Below, piece by piece: positions 39,490 through 49,520 of a stretch of DNA of 64,000 bases; position 1 is the first letter of the stretch, and each line of letters opens with the position of its first letter. The stretch comes from Gemmatimonadaceae bacterium (GTDB lineage: Bacteria > Gemmatimonadota > Gemmatimonadetes > Gemmatimonadales > Gemmatimonadaceae): positions 832,001-896,000 of the forward strand of contig JBHYGA010000001.1 in the NCBI GenBank assembly GCA_051859245.1, given 5' to 3'. The notes under the pieces are model-generated. The model was not told the origin of the DNA and made no database searches. It saw only the letters and a program-made list of their open reading frames with translations. A program made the translations under genes and the position numbers.

Positions 39490-40638
39490 ATGTCCATTAC
39501 CGGCCTGCATCACATCACACTCGTTACCGCCGACGCGCAGCGAAACGTCGACTTCTACACGAGAGTGCTCGGCCTGCGGCTCGTCAAAACGACCGTCAAC
39601 TTCGACGATCCGAGCAGCTACCATCTCTATTACGGCGACGCCGTTGGTTCGCCCGGTACCGCGGTCACATTCTTCGAATGGCCGCGTGCGCCGCGTGGTC
39701 GGCCCGGTGTTGGCGGCACGCATCATCTGGCACTGCGCGTGGCCGACCGCAACGCGTTGCTGCGCTGGAAGCGTCGTTTGACAGATCTCGGCGTGCACGT
39801 GCGTGGGCCGTACGATCGCTACTATTTCGCGTCGATCTATTTCCGTGATCCAGACGGTACGATTCTCGAAATCGCGACGGATGGTCCGGGGTTGCTCATT
39901 GACGAGGAAGGGCAAGCACCGGGTGTGGCGCAGCACACGCCGCCGTCGGCACTGGTACGGGGTGCGCGCGATGAAGACGCGATTGCATCGGATACGTGGC
40001 CGGATCCCGTGCCGAGCATTGATGCGGACATGTCACTCACGCGTGGCATGCATCACATCAGTGCCACAGCCAGCGATCTGTCGCGCACGGATGATTTTCT
40101 GCGCGCGCAACTCGGTCTCACCTTGGTCAAGCGCACGAGCAACTTTGATGATCCGAGCATGCCGCACTGGACGTGGGGCACTGCTGATGCACGACCGGGA
40201 AGCCTGATTACGTATTTTGAACTCAGTACGCCGCACGCCAAGCGGTCAGTGATGGGTGCAGGACAAACACATCACTACGCGTTTGCCGTGCCCGATGACG
40301 AAGCGCAGGGGGCGCTGCGTGAGCGTTTGTTGCTCGCCGGTATTCCGGTGTCTCCGGTGCAGGATCGTGTGTACTTCCGTTCGATTTATACCAAAGATCC
40401 TGATGGGCACATTGTGGAAGTGGCAACCGCGGTACCCGGATTCCTGATCGACGAACACGCGTCGGTGACTGGGAGTGCGCTGCAGCTGCCGCCGTGGCTG
40501 CAGCCGCATCACGCACGCATCAGTGCAAGCCTCACCCCGATTGATGCACCGCAGTGGCCGCACGATGGTTCGAGTGCCACGCGCGATCATGCGGGACAAA
40601 CATTACACGCTCCAGTACTCGCCGAGGTTGGCTCATGA
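39490..40638 (+). CDS. Ring-cleaving dioxygenase, VOC family (MhqO/MhqA-like)
   Basis: GLHHIT, VKTTVNFDDP..YHLYYGD, DRYYFASIYFRDPDG, duplicated domain. Confidence 0.9.
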   Translation: MSITGLHHITLVTADAQRNVDFYTRVLGLRLVKTTVNFDDPSSYHLYYGDAVGSPGTAVTFFEWPRAPRGRPGVGGTHHLALRVADRNALLRWKRRLTDLGVHVRGPYDRYYFASIYFRDPDGTILEIATDGPGLLIDEEGQAPGVAQHTPPSALVRGARDEDAIASDTWPDPVPSIDADMSLTRGMHHISATASDLSRTDDFLRAQLGLTLVKRTSNFDDPSMPHWTWGTADARPGSLITYFELSTPHAKRSVMGAGQTHHYAFAVPDDEAQGALRERLLLAGIPVSPVQDRVYFRSIYTKDPDGHIVEVATAVPGFLIDEHASVTGSALQLPPWLQPHHARISASLTPIDAPQWPHDGSSATRDHAGQTLHAPVLAEVGS

Positions 40639-41294
40639 ACAGTCGTACTCGACTCGATCCGCACGGCGCGCAGCCGGTCCTGACGCTCGGACCGGCGCTC
40701 GCTGATGCGAGGGCCGCAGTCATCATTCTGCACGGACGTGGTGCAGACGCGCAGGATATTCTGCCGCTTGCTCACGAAATCGACGTACCGCATGTCGCCT
40801 GGCTTGGTCCGGACGCCGCAAACAACGCGTGGTATCCCGATCGCTTCATGCAACCCATCGCCAACAACGAACCGTGGCTCACATCCGCGTTGTCGTTTGT
40901 GCAACGCACCGTGGAGCAGGTGATCGCGGCCGGCATTCCAGCCGAACGCATTGTGCTGGCGGGCTTTTCGCAGGGCGCGTGTCTGGCGCTTGAATACGCC
41001 GCGCGGAATGCGAAACGCTACGGTGGCGTGTTTGCGTTCGCCGGTGGTCTTATTGGCCCTGACGGCACGCCACGCGACTATCCGGGCTCGTTCAACGGGA
41101 CGCCGGTGTTCATCGGGGTGGGTGATCAGGACGCGCACATTCCGGTTGCACGCAGTCAGGAGAGCGCCGCGGTGCTGCAACGTCTTGGCGCGAGTGTGGA
41201 CTTGCGCGTGTATCCCGGGCTGCCGCATACGATCATCGAAGATCAGATTCTCGCGGCGCGTGCCATCGTGGCGGCCGCGGCTGCGATGAGCTAG
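40635..41294 (+). CDS. Phospholipase/carboxylesterase (MhqD-like alpha/beta hydrolase)
   Basis: LHGRG, GFSQG, D..HIP, PH; ATGA overlap with the dioxygenase. Confidence 0.88.
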   Translation: MNSRTRLDPHGAQPVLTLGPALADARAAVIILHGRGADAQDILPLAHEIDVPHVAWLGPDAANNAWYPDRFMQPIANNEPWLTSALSFVQRTVEQVIAAGIPAERIVLAGFSQGACLALEYAARNAKRYGGVFAFAGGLIGPDGTPRDYPGSFNGTPVFIGVGDQDAHIPVARSQESAAVLQRLGASVDLRVYPGLPHTIIEDQILAARAIVAAAAAMS

Positions 41295-41325
41295 CCATTT
41301 TCTGTGCGCGTTGGCATCATTCGCC

Positions 41326-42192
41326 ATGCTTGATATGTTCGGCGCCGTAAAGCGACTCGCTGCGCGTGGACGCGTGGCAATGAATGACGCAGTCAGCGAA
41401 GCGCAGCTGGGCTTCGATTTTTTCGCGCCGGCGTCCGTACCCGCTGATACGCCAACGGTGGAGCGCAGCGTCACCCCAACGACCGAATCGAGCGCGGCCT
41501 CGCGCACGGCTCCCGTTGAAACACCGGCGTCGCGCGCGCGCCCTTCGCGCGGTGCGGCGGCACGTCGTGCGCAGAGCGCGATGCTGTTGCATCGGTTGCA
41601 CACACTTGGGTTGCGTACGGTTGACACGATTGTGCTCATGCGCACGCGGCGTGTGATGGTGTCCGTGATGGGTCGCACGCTGCGCTTGCACGAAGGCTAC
41701 GCCACGGCGCCGGAAGAAGTACTGCGTGCTGTCGTCACGTTTGCAACAGCCCGTACACGCGCGGCGCGCTTTGCCGCGCGCGATATCATTCTTGCGCATC
41801 CGGTGGATCGTCCTGCTGCTGTCAGGCGTGAGGAACCGGTGCGGCCGGGCGATGCATCGCTACTGAATCGACTTGCGGATGCGCACGCGGAGCTGAATAC
41901 GCAGCATTTTGGCGGCACGCTGGCGCGCATTCCGGTGCGCTTGTCGGGGCGCATGAAAACGCGGCTCGGACACTACAGTCCCGCCGGCGAAGACGGTCCG
42001 GGCTCAGAGATTGTGCTCAGTCGGCGGCATCTGCGCCGCGATGGATGGGCCGAAGCAATGCACACGTTGCTGCACGAAATGGTGCATCAGTGGCAGGACG
42101 AAACAGCGCGTCCTCTCGATCACGGCCCATCATTTCGCAAGAAGGCGAAAGAGGTGGGAGTCCTGCCGAGAGCCCGCCGCGCGGTCGGATAA
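41326..42192 (+). CDS. SprT-like zinc metalloprotease domain protein
   Basis: RMKTRLGHY, TLLHEMVHQW, DHGPSF; start uncertain. Confidence 0.8.
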   Translation: MLDMFGAVKRLAARGRVAMNDAVSEAQLGFDFFAPASVPADTPTVERSVTPTTESSAASRTAPVETPASRARPSRGAAARRAQSAMLLHRLHTLGLRTVDTIVLMRTRRVMVSVMGRTLRLHEGYATAPEEVLRAVVTFATARTRAARFAARDIILAHPVDRPAAVRREEPVRPGDASLLNRLADAHAELNTQHFGGTLARIPVRLSGRMKTRLGHYSPAGEDGPGSEIVLSRRHLRRDGWAEAMHTLLHEMVHQWQDETARPLDHGPSFRKKAKEVGVLPRARRAVG

Positions 42193-42219
42193 CCGCGCGG
42201 CGGGGCACTCGTACTCAGA

Positions 42220-44763
42220 TCACGGCACGTTGCCGGTGCGTGAGGCGAAAATCAGTCTATAGTTTTCGGCCAGTTCACCGGAGGCGGGAATGTTCTCCGT
42301 GCGGAACGCGGTCGCGCTGTACTGCGTGGCGCTTCCTGTCTGCAGACCCCAGGTGTTATTGAAGCCGGCAACTGCGGACAAATCCGGCAGGTCGAGCGAA
42401 TACGATGAGGCTCCGCCCAGGTAGCCGGCCGTTGAGTAGAGCGTCCAGGCGCGACCGCCGCTCGTTGTCTGTTGATACGATATGGTGATTTCCTGATTGT
42501 ATTCCGCCTGAAACGTTCCCGCGGCGCGATAGCGCTGATACGGCGCACCAGCGAGCGTAGTGAATGTCGGGGCATTCAGGTTTGAGCCGAGCGTCAACGT
42601 ACGATTCACCAGCTCGCGATTGTACTGCGTCACGCCTCGGATCGTCGCGCCGTTGCCGCCGGTCGCGAGTGCCTGCACCTGATGCAGGTCGCCAGCTTGC
42701 GTACGTGCCAACGGGATGCCGTACACCGGGCGAGAGTTGCCTCCACCGGTCACCGGGATCGAGAAGAACCCTGCCGCTCCGTTGGAGGTGAAGAATCCTC
42801 CAGTGACAAAAATGTCATCGGTGCCGTTGTTTGCGAGGGTGTACGTTGCCGTTGCAGGAGCGAACGCCTCAGCGCTCCCGAAGTCAATCACCGGGATACT
42901 GCTGCCTGCCGCTGGATTCAGGTTGCGACGAAGCACGAAGCGATCAGGCACAATCGCGAACGTCGTGAAATCAATACCTGCGCGCGCTGCGACGAGATCG
43001 GTCGCGCGGTCCAGAACGCCCGTGAGCGAGAACGCCGTGCTCGGGAACGTGACCGTTCCGAGCGTTCCACCCAGTGCGACGTACGCAGTCTGTCCTGCGC
43101 TGAGTCCAGCCACCGTTCCGTTCACCGTTTTGGTGCTGGGGTTCTGAACGCACTCGGCATTGCCGGCCGCGATCAACTCCGCCCGCGTCTGCTGATAGAT
43201 GAACGTGGACGTACCGCCACCGCTGATCGCGGTCACAACGGCAACAGCTCCAACATTCTCGTTGATGGTGAATGCGTACGTCTGATTTGCGCCAGGCAGT
43301 ACACGCGTCCAGGCACCGTTTGTGCCGTCACGGTATGCAAACCACAGCGGGAAACGTTCATTATTGCAGAAGCGGAACGTCACGTTACCCGTGCCCGGCA
43401 CCGGTGCCGACTGCACCGTGACACCAAGGTTCACCGTCCGTTCTGTAAGTCCCGTCGCGTTACCGCGCACCACGGCGGTGAACGTGCCTGCCGCAGCACT
43501 TGGTTGCGTGATGATGCTCAACTGCGCTTGCGTTCCGGTGGCCGACGCTGGCACAAAGTTCGCGCTGACTCCCGCCGGAAGGCCCGAAACCGTCAGGTTC
43601 ACCGCACCGGTAAACCCACCGCTGCGCGCGATGTTCACGGTGGTGTTGACCGTCTGTCCGGACGTGACCGTGACCGTCGCGGGTACCACCGACAGCGCAA
43701 AGTCGCCGGCGCTTGCAGCCGTGACCGTGAGCGCGAGCGCCGCTGTGCTCGTGACGGTGCCAACTGTACCTCTCACCACCACGTTGTACGCGCCTGCCGC
43801 CACGCTCTGTGCGACGTTAACCACGAGCTGCGTGCTCGAGCCGGTGGCGGGGTTTGGTGTGAAGATTCCGGTCACACCGGTCGGTGCACCTTCCAGCGCG
43901 AACTGCACGTCGCCGGTGAGCCCACCACCGCGCGTAATCACAATCGGAAGCGCCGCACTTTGCTGCGCCTGCGTGATGGTGACCGCCGTGGGCGTGAGGG
44001 CCAAGGCCAGCGTGGGGACCGGTGCCGGCGCGGTGACCGTCAACGCGATGGTTGTGGTCGCGGCCGCCGCACCCGTGCCCGTCCCACGTACCGTGAGAGT
44101 GTACGCACCGGCTGCGGTACCGGAAGCCACCGATACGGCGAGCGACGACGGAGTGGTTGTGGCAGGATTCGGCGTGAAAATTCCCGTCACACCAGTCGGC
44201 GGATTGTCTAGCGTCAGCTGCACATTGCCGGTGAAGCCCCCGGTTCGCGTGACTGCGATTTGCGATGTGCCGGATTGCCCGGCGACGATCGTAATCGCTG
44301 CGGGCGTTGCGGCCAATGTAAACGCCGGGGTTTGAGGTACCGCGACCGTCAGCGTAAACGTCGTCGTGGCGGCCGTGACCGACGCGCCGGTTGCCCGAAT
44401 CGTGATCGGGTACGTGCCGGCTGCTGCGTTGGCCGCAACGGCAAGTGCGAGCGAGCTGCTGGTCGTCCCCGTGGGCAGCGAGGCCGGTGTGAACGTGGCC
44501 GTGACACCGGTCGGAACGCCTTCCGCGGCGAGTGCTACGGCGCCGGTAAAGCTGCCACCACGCGTGATGTTGACAGCCACCGTCGCGGAGGTGCCGGTGA
44601 CCGCCGAGCCCGTGCCGGATGCCACGGCAACGGCCAGTGTACCAGGTGTGGGCGTAGGCGGTGGCGTGGGATCGTCACTGCCACCGCAGGCGGCGAGGAC
44701 GGTGAATACGGAGAGCGCGAGTATAGACCTGAGTCGCGCGTACGGGCCGGTTGGTCGAGACAT
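42220..44763 (-). CDS. Large lipoprotein with four tandem Ig-like repeats and a C-terminal domain
   Basis: LAAC lipobox, PTPPPTPTP linker, four approx. 100-aa Thr/Ala/Val-rich repeats each with a TRGGSFTG/TRTGGFTG/TRGGGLTG/ARSGGFTG motif. Confidence 0.8.
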   Translation of the reverse strand: MSRPTGPYARLRSILALSVFTVLAACGGSDDPTPPPTPTPGTLAVAVASGTGSAVTGTSATVAVNITRGGSFTGAVALAAEGVPTGVTATFTPASLPTGTTSSSLALAVAANAAAGTYPITIRATGASVTAATTTFTLTVAVPQTPAFTLAATPAAITIVAGQSGTSQIAVTRTGGFTGNVQLTLDNPPTGVTGIFTPNPATTTPSSLAVSVASGTAAGAYTLTVRGTGTGAAAATTTIALTVTAPAPVPTLALALTPTAVTITQAQQSAALPIVITRGGGLTGDVQFALEGAPTGVTGIFTPNPATGSSTQLVVNVAQSVAAGAYNVVVRGTVGTVTSTAALALTVTAASAGDFALSVVPATVTVTSGQTVNTTVNIARSGGFTGAVNLTVSGLPAGVSANFVPASATGTQAQLSIITQPSAAAGTFTAVVRGNATGLTERTVNLGVTVQSAPVPGTGNVTFRFCNNERFPLWFAYRDGTNGAWTRVLPGANQTYAFTINENVGAVAVVTAISGGGTSTFIYQQTRAELIAAGNAECVQNPSTKTVNGTVAGLSAGQTAYVALGGTLGTVTFPSTAFSLTGVLDRATDLVAARAGIDFTTFAIVPDRFVLRRNLNPAAGSSIPVIDFGSAEAFAPATATYTLANNGTDDIFVTGGFFTSNGAAGFFSIPVTGGGNSRPVYGIPLARTQAGDLHQVQALATGGNGATIRGVTQYNRELVNRTLTLGSNLNAPTFTTLAGAPYQRYRAAGTFQAEYNQEITISYQQTTSGGRAWTLYSTAGYLGGASSYSLDLPDLSAVAGFNNTWGLQTGSATQYSATAFRTENIPASGELAENYRLIFASRTGNVP

Positions 44764-44978
44764 ATCGAGGGCCAGGGAGGGAAGTGAACAGGTGACACGA
44801 CTCGGCGCGACGTGGCGCCGATAAACCGCGGGTACACGCACAAACCGCATCTGCGGGAAATACCGCCCCGAACGCTCGAACGCCAACGGCGAGCTCATCC
44901 ACAACAGTCACGATTGAGTCCGGCTATATTCCGCCAGCTTCCTTGCCCCGAGTCTGGGCCCCACTGCGAGGGTTTTCT

Positions 44979-46214
44979 ATGTCGTTCGACACACTTTCCG
45001 ATCCAATTCCGGCGCTTCCATCGGTCGAACTGTCCGCACACGCGGCCGATCTGTTCAACATTGATGCGGCGCTGACTGAAGAAGAGCGCGCCATTCGTGA
45101 CACCGTACGCGCGTTCGTTGACGAAAAAATTCTGCCGATCATCGGCCAGTGTTACGTGGACGGACGTTTCCCGGCCGAGTTGATCCCCGAAATGGCCGAA
45201 ATGGGGTTACTCGGCTCGTCGCTGCCGGAAGAGTATGGCTGCGCCGGTCTCTCGAGCGTGGCGTATGGTCTGATCATGCAGGAGTTGGAGCGCGGCGACT
45301 CGGGCATTCGCTCGTTCGCGTCGGTGCAGGGCGCGCTCGTCATGTATCCGATCTACGCGTTCGGCAGTGAAGAGCAGCGCCGCACCTATTTGCCGCGGCT
45401 TGCGAAGGCTGAGTTGATCGGCTGCTTCGGGCTGACCGAATCGGACTACGGATCAAATCCGTCGGGCATGATCACGCGCGCGCGGCAGCAACCCGACGGT
45501 TCGTGGGTGATCAACGGCGGCAAGATGTGGATCACGAACGGCAACATGGCCGACATCGCGATCGTGTGGGCGAAAACGGAAGACGGCGACAGCGATAAGT
45601 CGATTCGTGGTTTTATCGTGCACACCGACACGCCAGGCTTCACGGTGAAGGAAACCAAGGGCAAGCTCTCGTTGCGTGCGAGCGTGACCAGCGAGCTGGT
45701 GTTTGAAGACGTGCACGTCGCGGCAAACGCGCTGCTCCCCAACTCGGGCGGCCTCAAGAGCCCTCTCATGTGTCTCACGCAAGCACGCTACGGCATCTCG
45801 TGGGGCGTACTCGGCGCGGCGCTCGCCTGCTTCGAAGAAGCGGTCTCGTACGCCAAGAATCGTGTGATGTTCGACAAGCCGATTGGTGGATTTCAGATTC
45901 AGCAGGTGCGACTTGCCGACATGCTCACCGAAATCGTGAAGGGGCAATTGGTCGCGCTGCATCTGGGGCGTCTCAAGGACGCTGGTAACTTTACCCCGGT
46001 GCAGGTGTCGCTCGCCAAGCGCAACAATGTGCACATCGCCACAGAAGCGGCGCGCGAAACGCGACGACTACTCGGTGGCAATGGTATTCTGGCCGAGTAT
46101 GCGGCCATGCGACATATGGCGAACCTTGAGAGCGTGTATACCTATGAAGGCACACATGATGTGCACTCGCTGATTCTGGGTCAGGCGATCACGGGATTGA
46201 ACGCGTTCAAGTAA
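44979..46214 (+). CDS. gcdH: Acyl-CoA dehydrogenase, glutaryl-CoA dehydrogenase-like
   Basis: ELERGDSGIRS, GCFGLTE, KMWITNG, LSLRASVT, YTYEGTHDVH. Confidence 0.85.
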   Translation: MSFDTLSDPIPALPSVELSAHAADLFNIDAALTEEERAIRDTVRAFVDEKILPIIGQCYVDGRFPAELIPEMAEMGLLGSSLPEEYGCAGLSSVAYGLIMQELERGDSGIRSFASVQGALVMYPIYAFGSEEQRRTYLPRLAKAELIGCFGLTESDYGSNPSGMITRARQQPDGSWVINGGKMWITNGNMADIAIVWAKTEDGDSDKSIRGFIVHTDTPGFTVKETKGKLSLRASVTSELVFEDVHVAANALLPNSGGLKSPLMCLTQARYGISWGVLGAALACFEEAVSYAKNRVMFDKPIGGFQIQQVRLADMLTEIVKGQLVALHLGRLKDAGNFTPVQVSLAKRNNVHIATEAARETRRLLGGNGILAEYAAMRHMANLESVYTYEGTHDVHSLILGQAITGLNAFK

Positions 46215-46237
46215 TCGCGGTCACACTCTAGGGTATG

Positions 46238-46274
46238 AGCGGCGACAGCATTCATGCTGTCGCCGCTTCGTTTT
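46238..46274 (+). terminator. Intrinsic terminator
   Basis: AGCGGCGACAGCA-TTCA-TGCTGTCGCCGCT then TCGTTTT. Confidence 0.8.
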
Positions 46275-46467
46275 GTCCCTGCGAGCCGCCGCTGATCCCG
46301 GGAAGAGAACTCACGGGAAATCCCTCTTGCGCGGGACAAACTCCATTCGCAATATGCCGCTACGTGCGCAGTGTATCGATTCGGACACGAATCGGTTCGC
46401 TGCGTCGACCGCGCACAATCTCTCTCCCGCTGTGCGCCCGGATCTTTGTCTCCCTCGGAGGCTCGTG

Positions 46468-49400
46468 ATGCCAGTCAGTCGATGGACGATCGCTGCAGTC
46501 GGAGCGTGCTTGATGCTCTTCGCTCCGCCTGCAACGCTGCAATCGCAATCCACCGGTGTGATTGCCGGTACCGTGGTCAACGAACGCGGGAGTCCGATCA
46601 GCGACGCCCAGATCGGCGTTGAAGGACAAACCGTTGGCACCACCTCCGATGGCGGGGGCAGGTTTCGACTCACCGGCATTGCCGGCTCGGGCTCCGTCCA
46701 GTTGACGGTCCGGCGCATCGGCTATCAACCGCGCACCATCGCCAGCACGATCGGCAGCGCCGATGTGCGCATTGTGCTTTCCGAACGCGCGCTTGAACTA
46801 AATCAGGTCGTCACAACGGGCACGGTTGGTGTGACCGAGAAGCGCGCGATCGGCAACGCGGTGACCACGGTGAACGCGGCCGAGATTGTGGCCACGCAGC
46901 CGATCAACAGTTTTCAGGATCTGCTCAACGGTCGCGCCAGCGGCGTGAGCGTGATCGCGAGCTCCGGACAGGTGGGTACCGGCTCTCGCATTCGCGTGCG
47001 CGGTGCATCGTCGCTGTCTCTGTCGAACAATCCGTTGATTTACGTGGACGGCGTTCGCGTGGACAACACACAAGCGAGCGGCCCGTCCAATCAGGCGTTC
47101 GGATCGGCGTCGATTTCGCGGTGGAACGACTTTAATCCCGACGACATCGAGAGCCTTGAAATCATCAAGGGACCGGCTGCCGCAACGCTGTACGGCACGG
47201 AAGCGTCGAATGGCGTGATTCAGATTGTCACCAAGCGCGGCGCGGCCGGCCGTCCAACGTGGAACACCACGTTTCGCATGGGCAGCAACTGGGTGCCTGG
47301 CTGGCGCGACATTTACGAAGACAACTTCGGTCGCATCATCACAGAACGCCCCGGTGGCGGACGCGACACCACGCTGACGTCCATTTCAACCGCGCAGCTC
47401 AACGATTCGCTCAAGGCGCGCTACGGTCGCGAAATCTTCGAAGCGGGGCTGCTGCAGGATCTGCAGATGAGTGTGAGCGGTGGCACGAATGTGCTGCGCT
47501 ACTATGTCGGCGGCGGCTATCAGGAGAATCAAGGTGCCGAGCCGGTCAATCGGTTGAATCGTACGAACCTGCGCGTGAATCTGAGCGCGGTCATGAATGA
47601 GAAGTGGGATGTGCAGACATCCGTGGGTTACACGTCGGGACGCACGTACCTGCCGTATGAATCCGGCGGTGGTGGCGCCACGTGGGCCACGCAGTTTTCG
47701 TCTCCCGAATTTTTGTACACGCGCAGCGGCAGTGGAGCCACCACACTCGATCGGCCAGGCAATCCGCAGCTCGGTTTCCGAAGCGGACCGCCCGACGTGT
47801 ACTACGACGCGTACGACATTTTTCAGGACGCCAATCGCTTCACCGGTAGCGTCACCATCTCCAATCGCGCCAGCAAGTGGTTCAATCAGCGACTGATTCT
47901 CGGCGTGGACCAGCTGGCTGAAGACAATCAGACGCTGTCTCCGCGCGATGATGTGCTGGGTGCCACATTTGCCTCGTTCGCAGGCCTCGCGGCGCCAACG
48001 AATGGCAGCATGGCCGTGTCGACGCGCAATGTCACGTACAGCACCTTCGATTACGCGGCGAACCTCGAACTTGATATCACCTCGTCGCTGCGCAGTGTGA
48101 CCTCCGCTGGCGGACAGTTCTACGGACGTCGCTCGCTCTTCCGTTCCGCAAGCGCCACGGGCTTTCCGTCGGCAGGCCTCACGTCGCTCGCCGCTGCCGC
48201 GGTGCGAACCGTTGACGGTGACGAAGTCTTTGAAAACAACACGGTCGGCGGATTCATTCAGCAGCAACTCGTGTGGAATAATCGACTGTTTCTCACCGGC
48301 GCCATTCGTGCCGATGACAACTCCGCATTTGGTACCAACTTCGACATCGTGCGGTATCCGAAGTTGAGCGCGTCGTACGTCATTAGCGAAGAGCCATCCA
48401 TCAGCATGCCATCGTTTGTTGATCAGTTGCGTCTGCGCGTTGGCTACGGCGGCTCCGGTTTGCAGCCGGGCGCGTTTGATGCCATTCGCACGTATTCGGC
48501 CACCGGTGGTTTCCTCACGCCGTCGTCAGCGGGCAATCCGGATCTCGGCCCCGAGCGCAGCACGGAGCTTGAACTCGGTTTTGACGCGGCGTTGCTGAAT
48601 GATCGTGTGAGCATCGAAGCCACGTACTTCGCTGGCAGCACGACAGACGCCATTCTATCGCGTCAGGCCGCACCATCGGCAGGCTTCCCGGGTCAGCAGC
48701 TGTTCAACGCGGGCACGGTTGATCGTAAAGGGTTTGAAATGATGCTGCGCTACCAGGCGGTGAATCGCGAAAACTTTGGTCTCGATTTCACACTCAGTGG
48801 CAGCGATACGCGCTACAACATCGCAAGCCTCGGCGCCGCTGGTGATACCGTATCCATCTCGTCAAGCAACATGCACGTGGTCGGACACGCGCCTGGTGCG
48901 TGGTTTGACCGTCGCATTGTGAGCGCCACATACAACCCGGCCACGCGTCGCGCGGAAAACATTCTCTGTGACGATGGCGCGGGCGGCACCCGCTCGTGCG
49001 CTGGTGCGCCCCGCGTGTTCCTCGGCAACTCCGTACCTACCACGGAGGGATCAGTCAGCGCCGGTGCCACGATCTTCAAGAGTTTCCGCGTGAATGCGTT
49101 CTTCGACTATCGCGGCGGATACAAGAAGCTCGATGGTAACTATCGCGTTCGTTGCGGTGCCTTCACGCATTGCCGAGAGTTGTACGTGCCCGAGGACTAC
49201 GATCCGGCGCTCATCGCGGCGGTGCAGGGTGGAACGGCCTACACGCACCACCTCATTTACGACTCCGATTTCCTGCGCTTCCGCGAACTCTCGGCAACGT
49301 ATACGCTGCCGTCAAACCTCACGCGCGCACTCAAGGCCTCGCGCGCCACGATCACGCTGGCCGGTCGTAATCTCGGATTGTGGACGAGCTTCCCGGGCAT

Positions 49401-49515
49401 TGAACCGGAAGCCTCGTTCAACGGTGGTACACGCGGTGGATCGTACGGACTGTGGGAGCAGAACGTGCTGCCGCAGCTCCGTCAGTTTGTGACCACCGTC
49501 AACCTCAACTTCTGA
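46468..49515 (+). CDS. SusC/RagA family TonB-dependent receptor
   Basis: Carboxypeptidase-regulatory-like N domain, IRVRGASS, PLIYVDG, DIESLEIIKGPAAATLYG, GNPDLGPE, C-terminal F. Confidence 0.92.
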   Translation: MPVSRWTIAAVGACLMLFAPPATLQSQSTGVIAGTVVNERGSPISDAQIGVEGQTVGTTSDGGGRFRLTGIAGSGSVQLTVRRIGYQPRTIASTIGSADVRIVLSERALELNQVVTTGTVGVTEKRAIGNAVTTVNAAEIVATQPINSFQDLLNGRASGVSVIASSGQVGTGSRIRVRGASSLSLSNNPLIYVDGVRVDNTQASGPSNQAFGSASISRWNDFNPDDIESLEIIKGPAAATLYGTEASNGVIQIVTKRGAAGRPTWNTTFRMGSNWVPGWRDIYEDNFGRIITERPGGGRDTTLTSISTAQLNDSLKARYGREIFEAGLLQDLQMSVSGGTNVLRYYVGGGYQENQGAEPVNRLNRTNLRVNLSAVMNEKWDVQTSVGYTSGRTYLPYESGGGGATWATQFSSPEFLYTRSGSGATTLDRPGNPQLGFRSGPPDVYYDAYDIFQDANRFTGSVTISNRASKWFNQRLILGVDQLAEDNQTLSPRDDVLGATFASFAGLAAPTNGSMAVSTRNVTYSTFDYAANLELDITSSLRSVTSAGGQFYGRRSLFRSASATGFPSAGLTSLAAAAVRTVDGDEVFENNTVGGFIQQQLVWNNRLFLTGAIRADDNSAFGTNFDIVRYPKLSASYVISEEPSISMPSFVDQLRLRVGYGGSGLQPGAFDAIRTYSATGGFLTPSSAGNPDLGPERSTELELGFDAALLNDRVSIEATYFAGSTTDAILSRQAAPSAGFPGQQLFNAGTVDRKGFEMMLRYQAVNRENFGLDFTLSGSDTRYNIASLGAAGDTVSISSSNMHVVGHAPGAWFDRRIVSATYNPATRRAENILCDDGAGGTRSCAGAPRVFLGNSVPTTEGSVSAGATIFKSFRVNAFFDYRGGYKKLDGNYRVRCGAFTHCRELYVPEDYDPALIAAVQGGTAYTHHLIYDSDFLRFRELSATYTLPSNLTRALKASRATITLAGRNLGLWTSFPGIEPEASFNGGTRGGSYGLWEQNVLPQLRQFVTTVNLNF

Positions 49516-49520
49516 TCGCC

